Shown: one piece after another, positions 47,792 to 56,083 of the stretch
Numbering within the stretch: the stretch's first letter is position 1
How the letters are laid out: the number at the start of each line of letters is the position of its first letter
DNA from: an uncultured Gemmatimonadales bacterium
Lineage (GTDB): Bacteria > Gemmatimonadota > Gemmatimonadetes > Longimicrobiales > RSA9
DNA length: 64,000 nucleotides
NCBI GenBank assembly: GCA_963798845.1
Contig: CAWCUS010000005.1
Span: 224,001-288,000, forward strand
Reading direction: 5' to 3'
The notes under the pieces: generated by a model
Told to the model about the DNA's origin: nothing
The model's database searches: none
The model's input: only the letters and a program-made list of their open reading frames with translations
Position numbers and translations under genes: made by a program

Positions 47792-48580
47792 ATGGCCGAA
47801 ACCCCTACTCCGAATCGCCCGACCGCCACCCAGGGCAACGGTGGAGCCACCGAGACGCTGGAGCCGATGATCCGGCTGCAGAGCGTGAGCAAGGTGTTCT
47901 ACACCGAAGAAGTGGAGACCCACGCGCTCGACGACGTGCACCTCGAGATCCGACCGGGCGAGTATGTCGCCATCGCGGGGCCCTCCGGGTGCGGTAAGAC
48001 CACGCTCCTGTCCATCCTCGGCCTGCTCGACTCGCCCACGGCCGGGGAGTACGTTCTGGATGCGCGGCCCGTGGCGAACCTCACGGCCAGCCAGCGGGCG
48101 CACATCCGGAACCGCGCAATCGGCTTCATCTTCCAGGCGTTCAACCTGATCGGCGACCTGAACGTGTACGAGAACGTGGAGCTCCCGCTCACCTACCGCG
48201 GGATGCCGGGCAAGGAGCGGAAGGAGCGGGTGGAAAAGGCGCTCGAACGCGTGGGCATGGCCCACCGGATGAAGCACTACCCCAGCCAGCTTTCCGGCGG
48301 CCAGCAGCAGCGTGTGGCCGTGGCCCGGGCCATCGTCGGCGACCCGCTCATGCTGCTGGCCGACGAGCCGACGGGGAACCTGGATTCCGCGAACGGCGAA
48401 GCGGTGATGAACCTCATGAAGGAGCTGCACGGGGGCGGCGCCACGATCGTCATGGTGACGCACGACCCGCGCTACGCGCAGCATGCCGAGCGGAGCATCC
48501 ACCTGTTCGACGGGCGCATCGTGGAGGACGTGAACCGACGCGAAGCGCACGAGCTCGAGGAGGCCGGCTTCGACGTCTGA
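47792..48580 (+). CDS. ABC transporter ATP-binding protein
   Basis: [28 protein letters not shown]. Confidence 0.96.
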   Translation: MAETPTPNRPTATQGNGGATETLEPMIRLQSVSKVFYTEEVETHALDDVHLEIRPGEYVAIAGPSGCGKTTLLSILGLLDSPTAGEYVLDARPVANLTASQRAHIRNRAIGFIFQAFNLIGDLNVYENVELPLTYRGMPGKERKERVEKALERVGMAHRMKHYPSQLSGGQQQRVAVARAIVGDPLMLLADEPTGNLDSANGEAVMNLMKELHGGGATIVMVTHDPRYAQHAERSIHLFDGRIVEDVNRREAHELEEAGFDV

Positions 48581-48644
48581 GCCGCGTGCATGACCGGCGG
48601 GCCTGCCGGATGCGGGTCCATCATTCCCCCCGGCGCCGGAGGAC

Positions 48645-51116
48645 TTGACAGTGTCGTTCGCGACAGAGCTCCGGCATTCGGCCCGGCGCCTGCGGAGGAG
48701 CCCGGGCTTCACGGCCGTGGCCATCGCCACGCTGGCGCTCGGAATCGGCGCCACGGCGGCCATCTTCAGCGTGATCCGGGGCGTCCTCCTGGAGCCCCTC
48801 CCCTTCCCGGCCCCGGACCGCCTCGTCCAGCTCTGGCAGGTGGGCGAGGACGGCCAGGAGATGCAGTGGTCGGAGCCCAACTTCCGGGACGTTCGCGACC
48901 AGGCTCGCACGCTGGACGTCATGGCGGCCTACCACGCCGTGACGGTCACGGTCACGGGCGGGGGCGAGGCGTCCCGGATCTCGGGCGCCGCGGTGTCGGA
49001 TGGATTCTTCCCGGCTCTCGGCGTGCAGCCCGTGCGCGGCAGGACGCTGATCCCCGAGGACCATCGCGACGACGCAGCCGTGGCGGTGGTCAGCGGCGCG
49101 TACTGGCGCGGTTCCCTGGGCGGCGACCCGAACGTGCTGGGGCGTTCGCTCCGCATCGAGGAGCGCGCGTACACCGTGGTCGGCATTGTGCCGACGAGAG
49201 AAGCGTTCCCGGCCGGCGCCGACATCTGGATCCCGCGGGAGACGGATCCGGAGGCGAGCCGCACGGCGCACAACTGGCGAGTGCTCGGCCGCCTGTCCAA
49301 CGACGCCACGCTGTCACAGGCGAGGCAGGAGCTGGCGGGGATCGCCATTCGGCTGAAGCAGCAATACGGTGACGACACGTGGATGTCGAATGCTGCAGTG
49401 GTGCCGCTGCGGGAGGAGCTCGTAGGCACGGTCCGTCCGGCGCTCCTCGTGCTCCTGGGCGGTGCAGCGCTGCTCCTGCTCATCGCCTGCGCCAACGTGG
49501 CGAACCTGCTGCTGACGCGGGCCACGGCCCGGAGCCGCGAGATCGCGGTGAGGATGGCGCTGGGCGCCGGCAGGGCGCGGGTATTTTCGCAGCTTCTCAC
49601 CGAGTCCACGCTGGTCGCGGTCGCGGCGGCGGTGCTCGGGGTGGTCCTGGCGCTCTGGGGGGTCGACGCCCTGCTGGCGCTGGCCCCCGCTCGCCTTCCC
49701 CGGCTGGACACCGTGGGTGTGGACTGGGCCGTGCTCGCCTTCACGCTGGGGGTCGCGCTGCTTGCGGGCGGCGCGATCGGCTTCCTCGCCGCGCTCCGGG
49801 CCACGACCTCGGACGTGCACGCCGCGCTGGAGGAGGGAGGGCGCACCGAGACCGGCGGGGCGATGGGGCGCGTGCGGAGCGCCCTGGTCGCCACACAGGT
49901 GGCGCTCACCATGGTGCTCCTCGTGGGTGCGGGGCTCCTGGGGCGGAGCTTCATCCGCCTCATCACGCTCGACCCGGGATACCGGACGGATGGCGCCCTG
50001 GTCATGGACGTCACGCTCCCCATGCCCGAGGGCGAGAGCGACGACCCGCTCGTGCTGGGAACGCCCAACGCCAGGGGCGGGGCCATCCTCGCGGAACTGG
50101 TCGAGCGGGTATCCGCGCTGCCGGGCGTCACCGCCGCGGGCGGGATCAACGCGCTCCCGCTGACGGGGGGCGGAGCGAACGGGATGTTCCTGGTGCTCCA
50201 GCGCCCGGACGAGGTCCGCGGCCTCGATGACTGGACCCGCCTTTCGGCCCTGCCGGGGCGGGCGGGAGAGTCCGAGTACAGGCTGGTCACGCGCGGCTAC
50301 TTCGCGGCCATGGGAATCCCGCTGCTGCGCGGCAGGCTCTTCGACGAGCGGGACGCGCCCGGGGCAGCGCACGTGGCGCTGGTCAGCGCGTCGTTCGCCG
50401 AACGGCAGTGGCATGGCGAGGACCCGCTCGGCAGGCTGATCCAGTTCGGGAACATGGACGGCGACCTCCACGCGTTCACGGTGGTGGGCGTGGTCGGCGA
50501 TGTCCGCGATCGCAGCATAGAGGCGCCGCCGCAGCCCACCCTGTACGCCAGCGCGCTCCAGCGCACCACCCGGCTCGGAGGAGCCTTCGACATCGTGGTG
50601 CGCGGAACGGTGGCTCCCACCGCGACGATCCCGGCAGCCCGCCGCATTGCCCGCGAGCTGACCCCGGACGGACCGGTGCAGTTCCGCTCGCTCGACGAAG
50701 TCCACGCCGCGTCGCTGGGAGAGCGCCGTTTCGGGCTCTTCCTCCTCGGCGTCTTCGGGGTCACCGCGCTCGTGCTCGCGGCCCTCGGGATCTACGGCGT
50801 GATCGCGTTCGTGGTGACCCAGCGGACGAGGGAGATCGGCATCCGTGTGGCTCTCGGTGCCCAGCGAGGCAGCGTGGTCCGCCTCGTCGTCCAGCAGGCC
50901 CTGGTCCTGACGGCCGTGGGCGTGGTCACGGGCGCGGCGATCTCGGGCGCCGCCACCCGGCTCCTGCGCAATCAGCTCTACGGCGTGGGGGCGCTCGACC
51001 CGGTGACGTTCTTCGCCGTCACCCTGGTCCTGACCACGGCGGCGCTCGCGGCAAGCTATATTCCCGCCCGCCGCGCGACGGCGGTGAATCCCGTGAATGC
51101 ACTCCGTCAGGAATGA
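48645..51116 (+). CDS. ADOP/MacB-like duplicated ABC permease
   Basis: RSPGFTAVAIATLALGIGATAAIFSV, LLIACANVANLLL, REIAVRMALGA, QRTREIGIRVALGA, PARRATAVNP. The start may be GTG 48651. Confidence 0.95.
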   Translation: MTVSFATELRHSARRLRRSPGFTAVAIATLALGIGATAAIFSVIRGVLLEPLPFPAPDRLVQLWQVGEDGQEMQWSEPNFRDVRDQARTLDVMAAYHAVTVTVTGGGEASRISGAAVSDGFFPALGVQPVRGRTLIPEDHRDDAAVAVVSGAYWRGSLGGDPNVLGRSLRIEERAYTVVGIVPTREAFPAGADIWIPRETDPEASRTAHNWRVLGRLSNDATLSQARQELAGIAIRLKQQYGDDTWMSNAAVVPLREELVGTVRPALLVLLGGAALLLLIACANVANLLLTRATARSREIAVRMALGAGRARVFSQLLTESTLVAVAAAVLGVVLALWGVDALLALAPARLPRLDTVGVDWAVLAFTLGVALLAGGAIGFLAALRATTSDVHAALEEGGRTETGGAMGRVRSALVATQVALTMVLLVGAGLLGRSFIRLITLDPGYRTDGALVMDVTLPMPEGESDDPLVLGTPNARGGAILAELVERVSALPGVTAAGGINALPLTGGGANGMFLVLQRPDEVRGLDDWTRLSALPGRAGESEYRLVTRGYFAAMGIPLLRGRLFDERDAPGAAHVALVSASFAERQWHGEDPLGRLIQFGNMDGDLHAFTVVGVVGDVRDRSIEAPPQPTLYASALQRTTRLGGAFDIVVRGTVAPTATIPAARRIARELTPDGPVQFRSLDEVHAASLGERRFGLFLLGVFGVTALVLAALGIYGVIAFVVTQRTREIGIRVALGAQRGSVVRLVVQQALVLTAVGVVTGAAISGAATRLLRNQLYGVGALDPVTFFAVTLVLTTAALAASYIPARRATAVNPVNALRQE

Positions 51117-51119
51117 ACG

Positions 51120-51821
51120 ATGGCGATGATCGAGCTGAGGCACCTGGAGCGTTTTTTCGAGTCCAAGGCGGGGCGCACGTACGTGCTGCGGAACATCGAG
51201 CTGGACATCCAGGAAGGTGAATTCGTCACCGTGATGGGCCCGTCCGGTGCGGGAAAGACCACGCTGCTGAGCATTCTCGGAATGCTGGATCACAGCTGGA
51301 GCGGGGAGTACAGGCTGCTCGGGAACGCGGTACAGGAGTTGAAGCCGCGGGACCGGATGGAGTTGAACAAGGCCCACGTGGGTTTCGTCTTCCAGCAGTA
51401 TCACCTCATCGACGACCTGACCGTCGAGGAGAACCTGGAGATTCCGCTCAGCTACCGGAACTACAAGCGGCGGGAACGACAGGCGCTGGTGGCCGACACG
51501 CTCGACCGGTTCAACATCGTGGGCAAGAAGGACCTGTTCCCGAACCAGCTCTCGGGCGGCCAGCAGCAGCTGGTCGGGGTCGCGCGGGCGATCATCGCCA
51601 GCCCCAAACTGATTCTCGCCGATGAGCCCACCGGCAACCTCCACTCCCGCCAGGGCCACGAGATCATGGAGCTCTTCACCCGCCTCAACCGCGAGGGCAC
51701 CACCATCATCCAGGTGACGCACTCGGACGAGATGGCGGCGTACGGCAACCGGGTGGTCGAGCTGCTCGACGGCTGGGTGGTGGGGCGGGAGGAGCGGGCA
51801 GCAGGCGTGGAAGGCGCCTGA
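51120..51821 (+). CDS. ABC transporter ATP-binding protein
   Basis: [25 protein letters not shown]. Confidence 0.96.
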   Translation: MAMIELRHLERFFESKAGRTYVLRNIELDIQEGEFVTVMGPSGAGKTTLLSILGMLDHSWSGEYRLLGNAVQELKPRDRMELNKAHVGFVFQQYHLIDDLTVEENLEIPLSYRNYKRRERQALVADTLDRFNIVGKKDLFPNQLSGGQQQLVGVARAIIASPKLILADEPTGNLHSRQGHEIMELFTRLNREGTTIIQVTHSDEMAAYGNRVVELLDGWVVGREERAAGVEGA

Positions 51822-51825
51822 GCCA

Positions 51826-53175
51826 ATGTCCACCATCCTGATCGCCGATGACCAGCCGGACGTGCTCCAGGCGCTCCGTCTCCTGCTGAAGGGAGAAGGC
51901 TTTCGCGTGGAGACTGCCGCGTCGCCGGACGCGATCCTGGATGCCGTGGCCGAGAAGGACTTCGACGCCATCCTGATGGACCTGAACTACGCCCGCGACA
52001 CCACTTCTGGGCGCGAGGGGCTGGACGTCCTGACGAAGCTCCGGGCGCTGGACAGCACGCTGCCGGTGGTGGTCATGACCGCCTGGGGAAGCGTGGAGGG
52101 TGCGGTGCAGGCCATACGGTTCGGAGCACGGGACTATATCGAGAAGCCGTGGGACAACGCGCGCCTGCTGAGCCTTCTGAGGACGCAGATCGAGCTGGCG
52201 AAGACGCTCCGGGAGAAGCAGACGCTGGAAGGCGAGAACCGCCTGTTGCGCAAGCAGGGGCTGCCGGAGTTCATCGCCGACAGCCGTGCAATGCAGCCGG
52301 TGCTGCGCGTGATGGAGCGGGTGGGCCCGTCGGATGCGAACGTGCTGGTGACCGGTGAGCACGGGACGGGGAAGGAGGTGGTGGCGAGGTGGCTGCACGC
52401 GGCGTCGCGTCGCCGGGAAAAGCCGCTGATCGCGGTGAACGCGGGGGGGTTCAGCGAGACGCTGTTCGAGAGCGAGCTGTTCGGCCACGTGAAGGGCGCG
52501 TTCACGGACGCGAAGACGGACAGAGTCGGGTGCTTCGAGCTGGCGGACGGGGGCACGCTCTTCCTGGACGAGATCGCGAACATCTCGCCGAAGCAGCAGG
52601 CCAAGCTGCTGCGAGTGCTGGAGACTGGCGAGATCCAGCGGGTGGGGTCGTCGAAGGCGAGGCACGTGGACGTGCGCGTGATCTCGGCGACGAACGCGGA
52701 CCTGGACAAGGCGATCGCCGAGGGGGTGTTCCGCGAGGACCTCCTGTACCGGTTGAACACGGTGGAGATCCGGCTGCCGCCGCTGCGCGACCGACGCGAG
52801 GACATCCCGCTCCTGGCCGCGCGCTTCCTGGAGCACCAGGGCGACCATTACGGGAAGGCGGTGACGGGCTTCGACCGTGCGGCCATGCAGGCGCTGCTGG
52901 ACCATCCGTGGCCGGGGAACGTGCGCGAGCTGGAACACGTGGTGGAGCGCGCCGTGCTCATGGCGCACGGCGACGCGATCCAGGAGGGGGACCTGAATCT
53001 CCGCGTGCCGTCGGAAGCGCTGGATCGCCTCGACAAGATGACCCTGGACCACGCCGAGCGGGTGCTGATCCAGCGAGCGCTGGAGCGCTACGACGGCAAC
53101 GTGAGCCGAGCCGCCGCGGCGCTCGGGGTTTCGCGCAGCGCCCTCTATCGGAGGCTGCAGAAGCACGAGCTATGA
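51826..53175 (+). CDS. sigma54-dependent (NtrC-family) response regulator
   Basis: Receiver domain (IADD, LMDLN), GEHGTGKE, ESELFGH.KGAFTDA, LFLDEI, WPGNVREL, Fis HTH. Confidence 0.96.
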   Translation: MSTILIADDQPDVLQALRLLLKGEGFRVETAASPDAILDAVAEKDFDAILMDLNYARDTTSGREGLDVLTKLRALDSTLPVVVMTAWGSVEGAVQAIRFGARDYIEKPWDNARLLSLLRTQIELAKTLREKQTLEGENRLLRKQGLPEFIADSRAMQPVLRVMERVGPSDANVLVTGEHGTGKEVVARWLHAASRRREKPLIAVNAGGFSETLFESELFGHVKGAFTDAKTDRVGCFELADGGTLFLDEIANISPKQQAKLLRVLETGEIQRVGSSKARHVDVRVISATNADLDKAIAEGVFREDLLYRLNTVEIRLPPLRDRREDIPLLAARFLEHQGDHYGKAVTGFDRAAMQALLDHPWPGNVRELEHVVERAVLMAHGDAIQEGDLNLRVPSEALDRLDKMTLDHAERVLIQRALERYDGNVSRAAAALGVSRSALYRRLQKHEL

Positions 53176-54503
53176 GCACCGACCCCAGGTGGAGCCGGCT
53201 CACGCACGAGCGCCGCGTTTTCCTCCTGGCGCTGCTCGTGGGGCTTCCGGGGTCGGTGATCGCGCTCATCCTGCTCTGGACCGGCGATTTCGCCCCGCGG
53301 CTTCAGTGGACCCTCACGCTCGTCGTGGTTTCCGTCTGGCTGGGCACTTCCCTCCTCCTCCGGGACCATGTGAGCCGTCCGCTCCAGACGCTCTCCAACC
53401 TGCTCGCGGCGCTGCGGGAAGGCGACTTCTCCATCCGGGCTCGCGGGGCCCGGCCGTGGGACTCGCTGGGGCTCGCCCTGCTGGAGGCGAACACCCTCGG
53501 AGCGACGCTACGCGAGCAGCGCCTGGGCGCGGTGGAGGCGAACGCGCTGCTGCGCAAGGTCATGGCGGAGATCGACGTGGCCGTGTTCGCGTTCGATGGA
53601 GAGGGCCGCCTGAAGCTGGTGAACCGCGCGGGTGAGCGCCTCCTCGGCCGGCCCATGCCACGGCTGCTCGACCGGACGGCCGCGGAGCTTGGCCTCGCCG
53701 AAGCGCTGACGGGCGAGACGCCGCGCGTGGTGGACTGGCGGTATCCCGGCGGGCACGGCCGATGGGAGCTGAGGCGCACGCCGTTCCGCCAGGAAGGGCT
53801 CCCCCATCAGCTCGTGGTGCTCACGGACCTCAGCCGCGCGCTTCGTGAGGAGGAGCGACAGGCGTGGCAGCGCCTGGTCCGCGTGCTCGGCCATGAGATC
53901 AACAACTCCCTGGCGCCGATCCTGTCGCTGACCGAGAGCCTGGAGCGCCTGCTCGACCGGGATCCGCAGCCGCCCGACGCGGGCGAGGATGTGCGCGAAG
54001 GCCTGGCCGTGATCTCCGGCCGGGCGCGGGCGCTGAACCGGTTCATGGCATCCTACGCCCGGCTCGCCCGTCTCCCCCCGCCGGACCTAGCGCCTATGGC
54101 TGTGCGGGACTGGGTGGAGCGCGCCGCGGGGCTCGAGACGCGCCTCCCCGTGCGCGTGGCCGGGGGGCCCGAAGCGACCATCGTGGCCGACGCGGACCAG
54201 CTCGACCAGCTTCTCATCAATCTCATCACCAACGCGGTGGACGCGTCGCTGGAGACGGCGGGAGGGGTGGAGGTGGAGTGGAGCCGGAGGGACGGGTCGC
54301 TGCGCGTCGTCGTCCGGGACGATGGACCGGGGATCGCCGACAGCGCCAACCTGTTCGTCCCGTTCTTCACGACCAAGCGCCACGGCACGGGGATCGGCCT
54401 CCCGCTGAGCCGGCAGATCGCGGAGGCGCACGGGGGCACCCTCGCGCTGCGGAACCGGCCGGACGGCCACGGCTGCGAAGCCATGCTGGTCCTCCCGCTC
54501 TGA
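53172..54503 (+). CDS. Sensor histidine kinase
   Basis: 2 TMs, HAMP/PAS-like region, LGHEINNSL, NLITNA, DDGPG, FVPFFTTK..GTGIGL. ATGA overlap. Confidence 0.95.
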   Translation: MSTDPRWSRLTHERRVFLLALLVGLPGSVIALILLWTGDFAPRLQWTLTLVVVSVWLGTSLLLRDHVSRPLQTLSNLLAALREGDFSIRARGARPWDSLGLALLEANTLGATLREQRLGAVEANALLRKVMAEIDVAVFAFDGEGRLKLVNRAGERLLGRPMPRLLDRTAAELGLAEALTGETPRVVDWRYPGGHGRWELRRTPFRQEGLPHQLVVLTDLSRALREEERQAWQRLVRVLGHEINNSLAPILSLTESLERLLDRDPQPPDAGEDVREGLAVISGRARALNRFMASYARLARLPPPDLAPMAVRDWVERAAGLETRLPVRVAGGPEATIVADADQLDQLLINLITNAVDASLETAGGVEVEWSRRDGSLRVVVRDDGPGIADSANLFVPFFTTKRHGTGIGLPLSRQIAEAHGGTLALRNRPDGHGCEAMLVLPL

Positions 54504-54570
54504 GCGTGGGCGACCGGCCCCGAGAGGGTCCCCTTGGGCACCGGGGGCGGCGGGCACTACATTGCCGGGC

Positions 54571-54960
54571 ATGGCAGCCAAACTCAGTCCCCGCGCCCGT
54601 GCGAACCTGGCCGGCGTCCGGAAACTGGCGGAGCTGGTCCAGTCTGCGTACTCGCAGGTGGAGCGGTTCGCCGCCACGCGCGAGGCGGCCCACGCCGAGC
54701 TCATGGCCCAGCCGCTGAAGCGGACGTTCGGGAAGCTCAAGCTCGAGCTGAGCGGCGCGGGCCACGACACCATGTCGCAGCTCGCCGCGGCCATGGAGAT
54801 CGCCGCGGGCAGAAGCGGCTCTCAGCGGCGCAAGACACAGATCCTGCGCGAGGGCGTGGGCTCGCTCCGCTTCCAGCTGGAGATGGAGGAGCGGCGAATC
54901 GTATCGGACGACCAGGCCGCCCAGGCGAAGGCGGATGCGTCCGAAGCCGTCGACGGCTGA
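54571..54960 (+). CDS. Helical hypothetical protein, HPt-like pattern
   Basis: 129 aa, all-alpha, LKRTFGKLKLELSGAGHDTMSQLAAAME. Confidence 0.7.
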   Translation: MAAKLSPRARANLAGVRKLAELVQSAYSQVERFAATREAAHAELMAQPLKRTFGKLKLELSGAGHDTMSQLAAAMEIAAGRSGSQRRKTQILREGVGSLRFQLEMEERRIVSDDQAAQAKADASEAVDG

Positions 54961-54978
54961 CGGACCCGGATCCGGACC

Positions 54979-56043
54979 GTGCCGCGGCGTCACTCACTCC
55001 CGGTGGAAGGCCTGATCCGCCGCATCAGAGGCGGCCTCTCGGAGCCCGTACGCCAGCTCCAGCTCTCGCTGCTGCTGCTGCTCGGGCTCGTCCTCATCGG
55101 CGTGGCCGGGTACATGACGCTGGAAGGCTACGACCTCGTCAATGCCTTCTTCATGACCGTCATCACCCTCGCGACCGTCGGCTTCGAGGAGGTGCATCCG
55201 CTCAGCCCCGTGGGGCGCGTCTTCACGAGCTTCCTCATCATCTTCGGCGTCGGAACCGTCGCATGGGCGATCAGCAACGCCGCCGAGGTGATGCTGGGAC
55301 AGACGTTCTGGAAATCCGTCCAGCACAGAAGGAACATGGAAATGGTCGAGGATCTGAGGGACCACCACATCGTGTGCGGGTACGGTCGACTGGGCCGCCA
55401 GATCATCCGCGACCTGAACGCGCGCGGCGAGCCGTTCGTCATCGTCGACTGGAACCCCGAGCTGGAGGAAGAGCTGCTGGAGGAGCACCTTCCGCACATC
55501 GTGGCGGACGCGTCGAGCGAGGAGACGCTGCGCGAGGCGGGGATCACGTGGGCGCGGGGGATGGTGGCGGCGCTGGACGACGACGCGCAGAACGTCCTCA
55601 CCGTCCTCACCGCGCGGGAGCTGAATCCCCGTCTGCTGATCATCGCGCGTGCCGGGACGGAGAGCCTGGAGAGCAAGCTCCTGCGCGCCGGTGCCGACCG
55701 GGTGGTGACGCCCTCGTCCATAGGCGGCCACCGTCTCGCGCTCGCCCTGCTCCGCCCCGCGGTGCACGACTTCTTCGGCCGCATCTTCACACTGGGCGCG
55801 GAGCCGGACGTGGACGTGGGCCAGATCACCGTGCCCGAGCGCTCCCCGTTCGCCGGGCAGACGATCGCAGGGTGCGACCTCAGGCGCGTGCGCAACATCT
55901 CGATTCTGGCCATCCGCACGCCCGACGGGAGCTTCGACCTGAATCCCGGCGCCGGCCGCACCATCCGCCCCGGCGAGACGCTGATCTTCATCGGTCCCGC
56001 CGACTCCGTGTACGACCTGGAGGCCATGTACTCGGAGGGGTGA
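54979..56043 (+). CDS. Potassium channel protein (2TM pore + RCK/TrkA-N/C)
   Basis: TVITLATVGFEEV pore, HHIVCGYGRLG, AGADRVVTP, TrkA-C. Confidence 0.92.
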   Translation: MPRRHSLPVEGLIRRIRGGLSEPVRQLQLSLLLLLGLVLIGVAGYMTLEGYDLVNAFFMTVITLATVGFEEVHPLSPVGRVFTSFLIIFGVGTVAWAISNAAEVMLGQTFWKSVQHRRNMEMVEDLRDHHIVCGYGRLGRQIIRDLNARGEPFVIVDWNPELEEELLEEHLPHIVADASSEETLREAGITWARGMVAALDDDAQNVLTVLTARELNPRLLIIARAGTESLESKLLRAGADRVVTPSSIGGHRLALALLRPAVHDFFGRIFTLGAEPDVDVGQITVPERSPFAGQTIAGCDLRRVRNISILAIRTPDGSFDLNPGAGRTIRPGETLIFIGPADSVYDLEAMYSEG

Positions 56044-56083
56044 GACCCGGCCCTGGCCGTTCCGGCGCGATGGGGCCCCTTTC

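Noticed and set aside
45125..48922. 1265-aa minus-strand ORF
   Set aside because: Antisense to the tolC-MFP-ATPase genes, with no recognisable domain.
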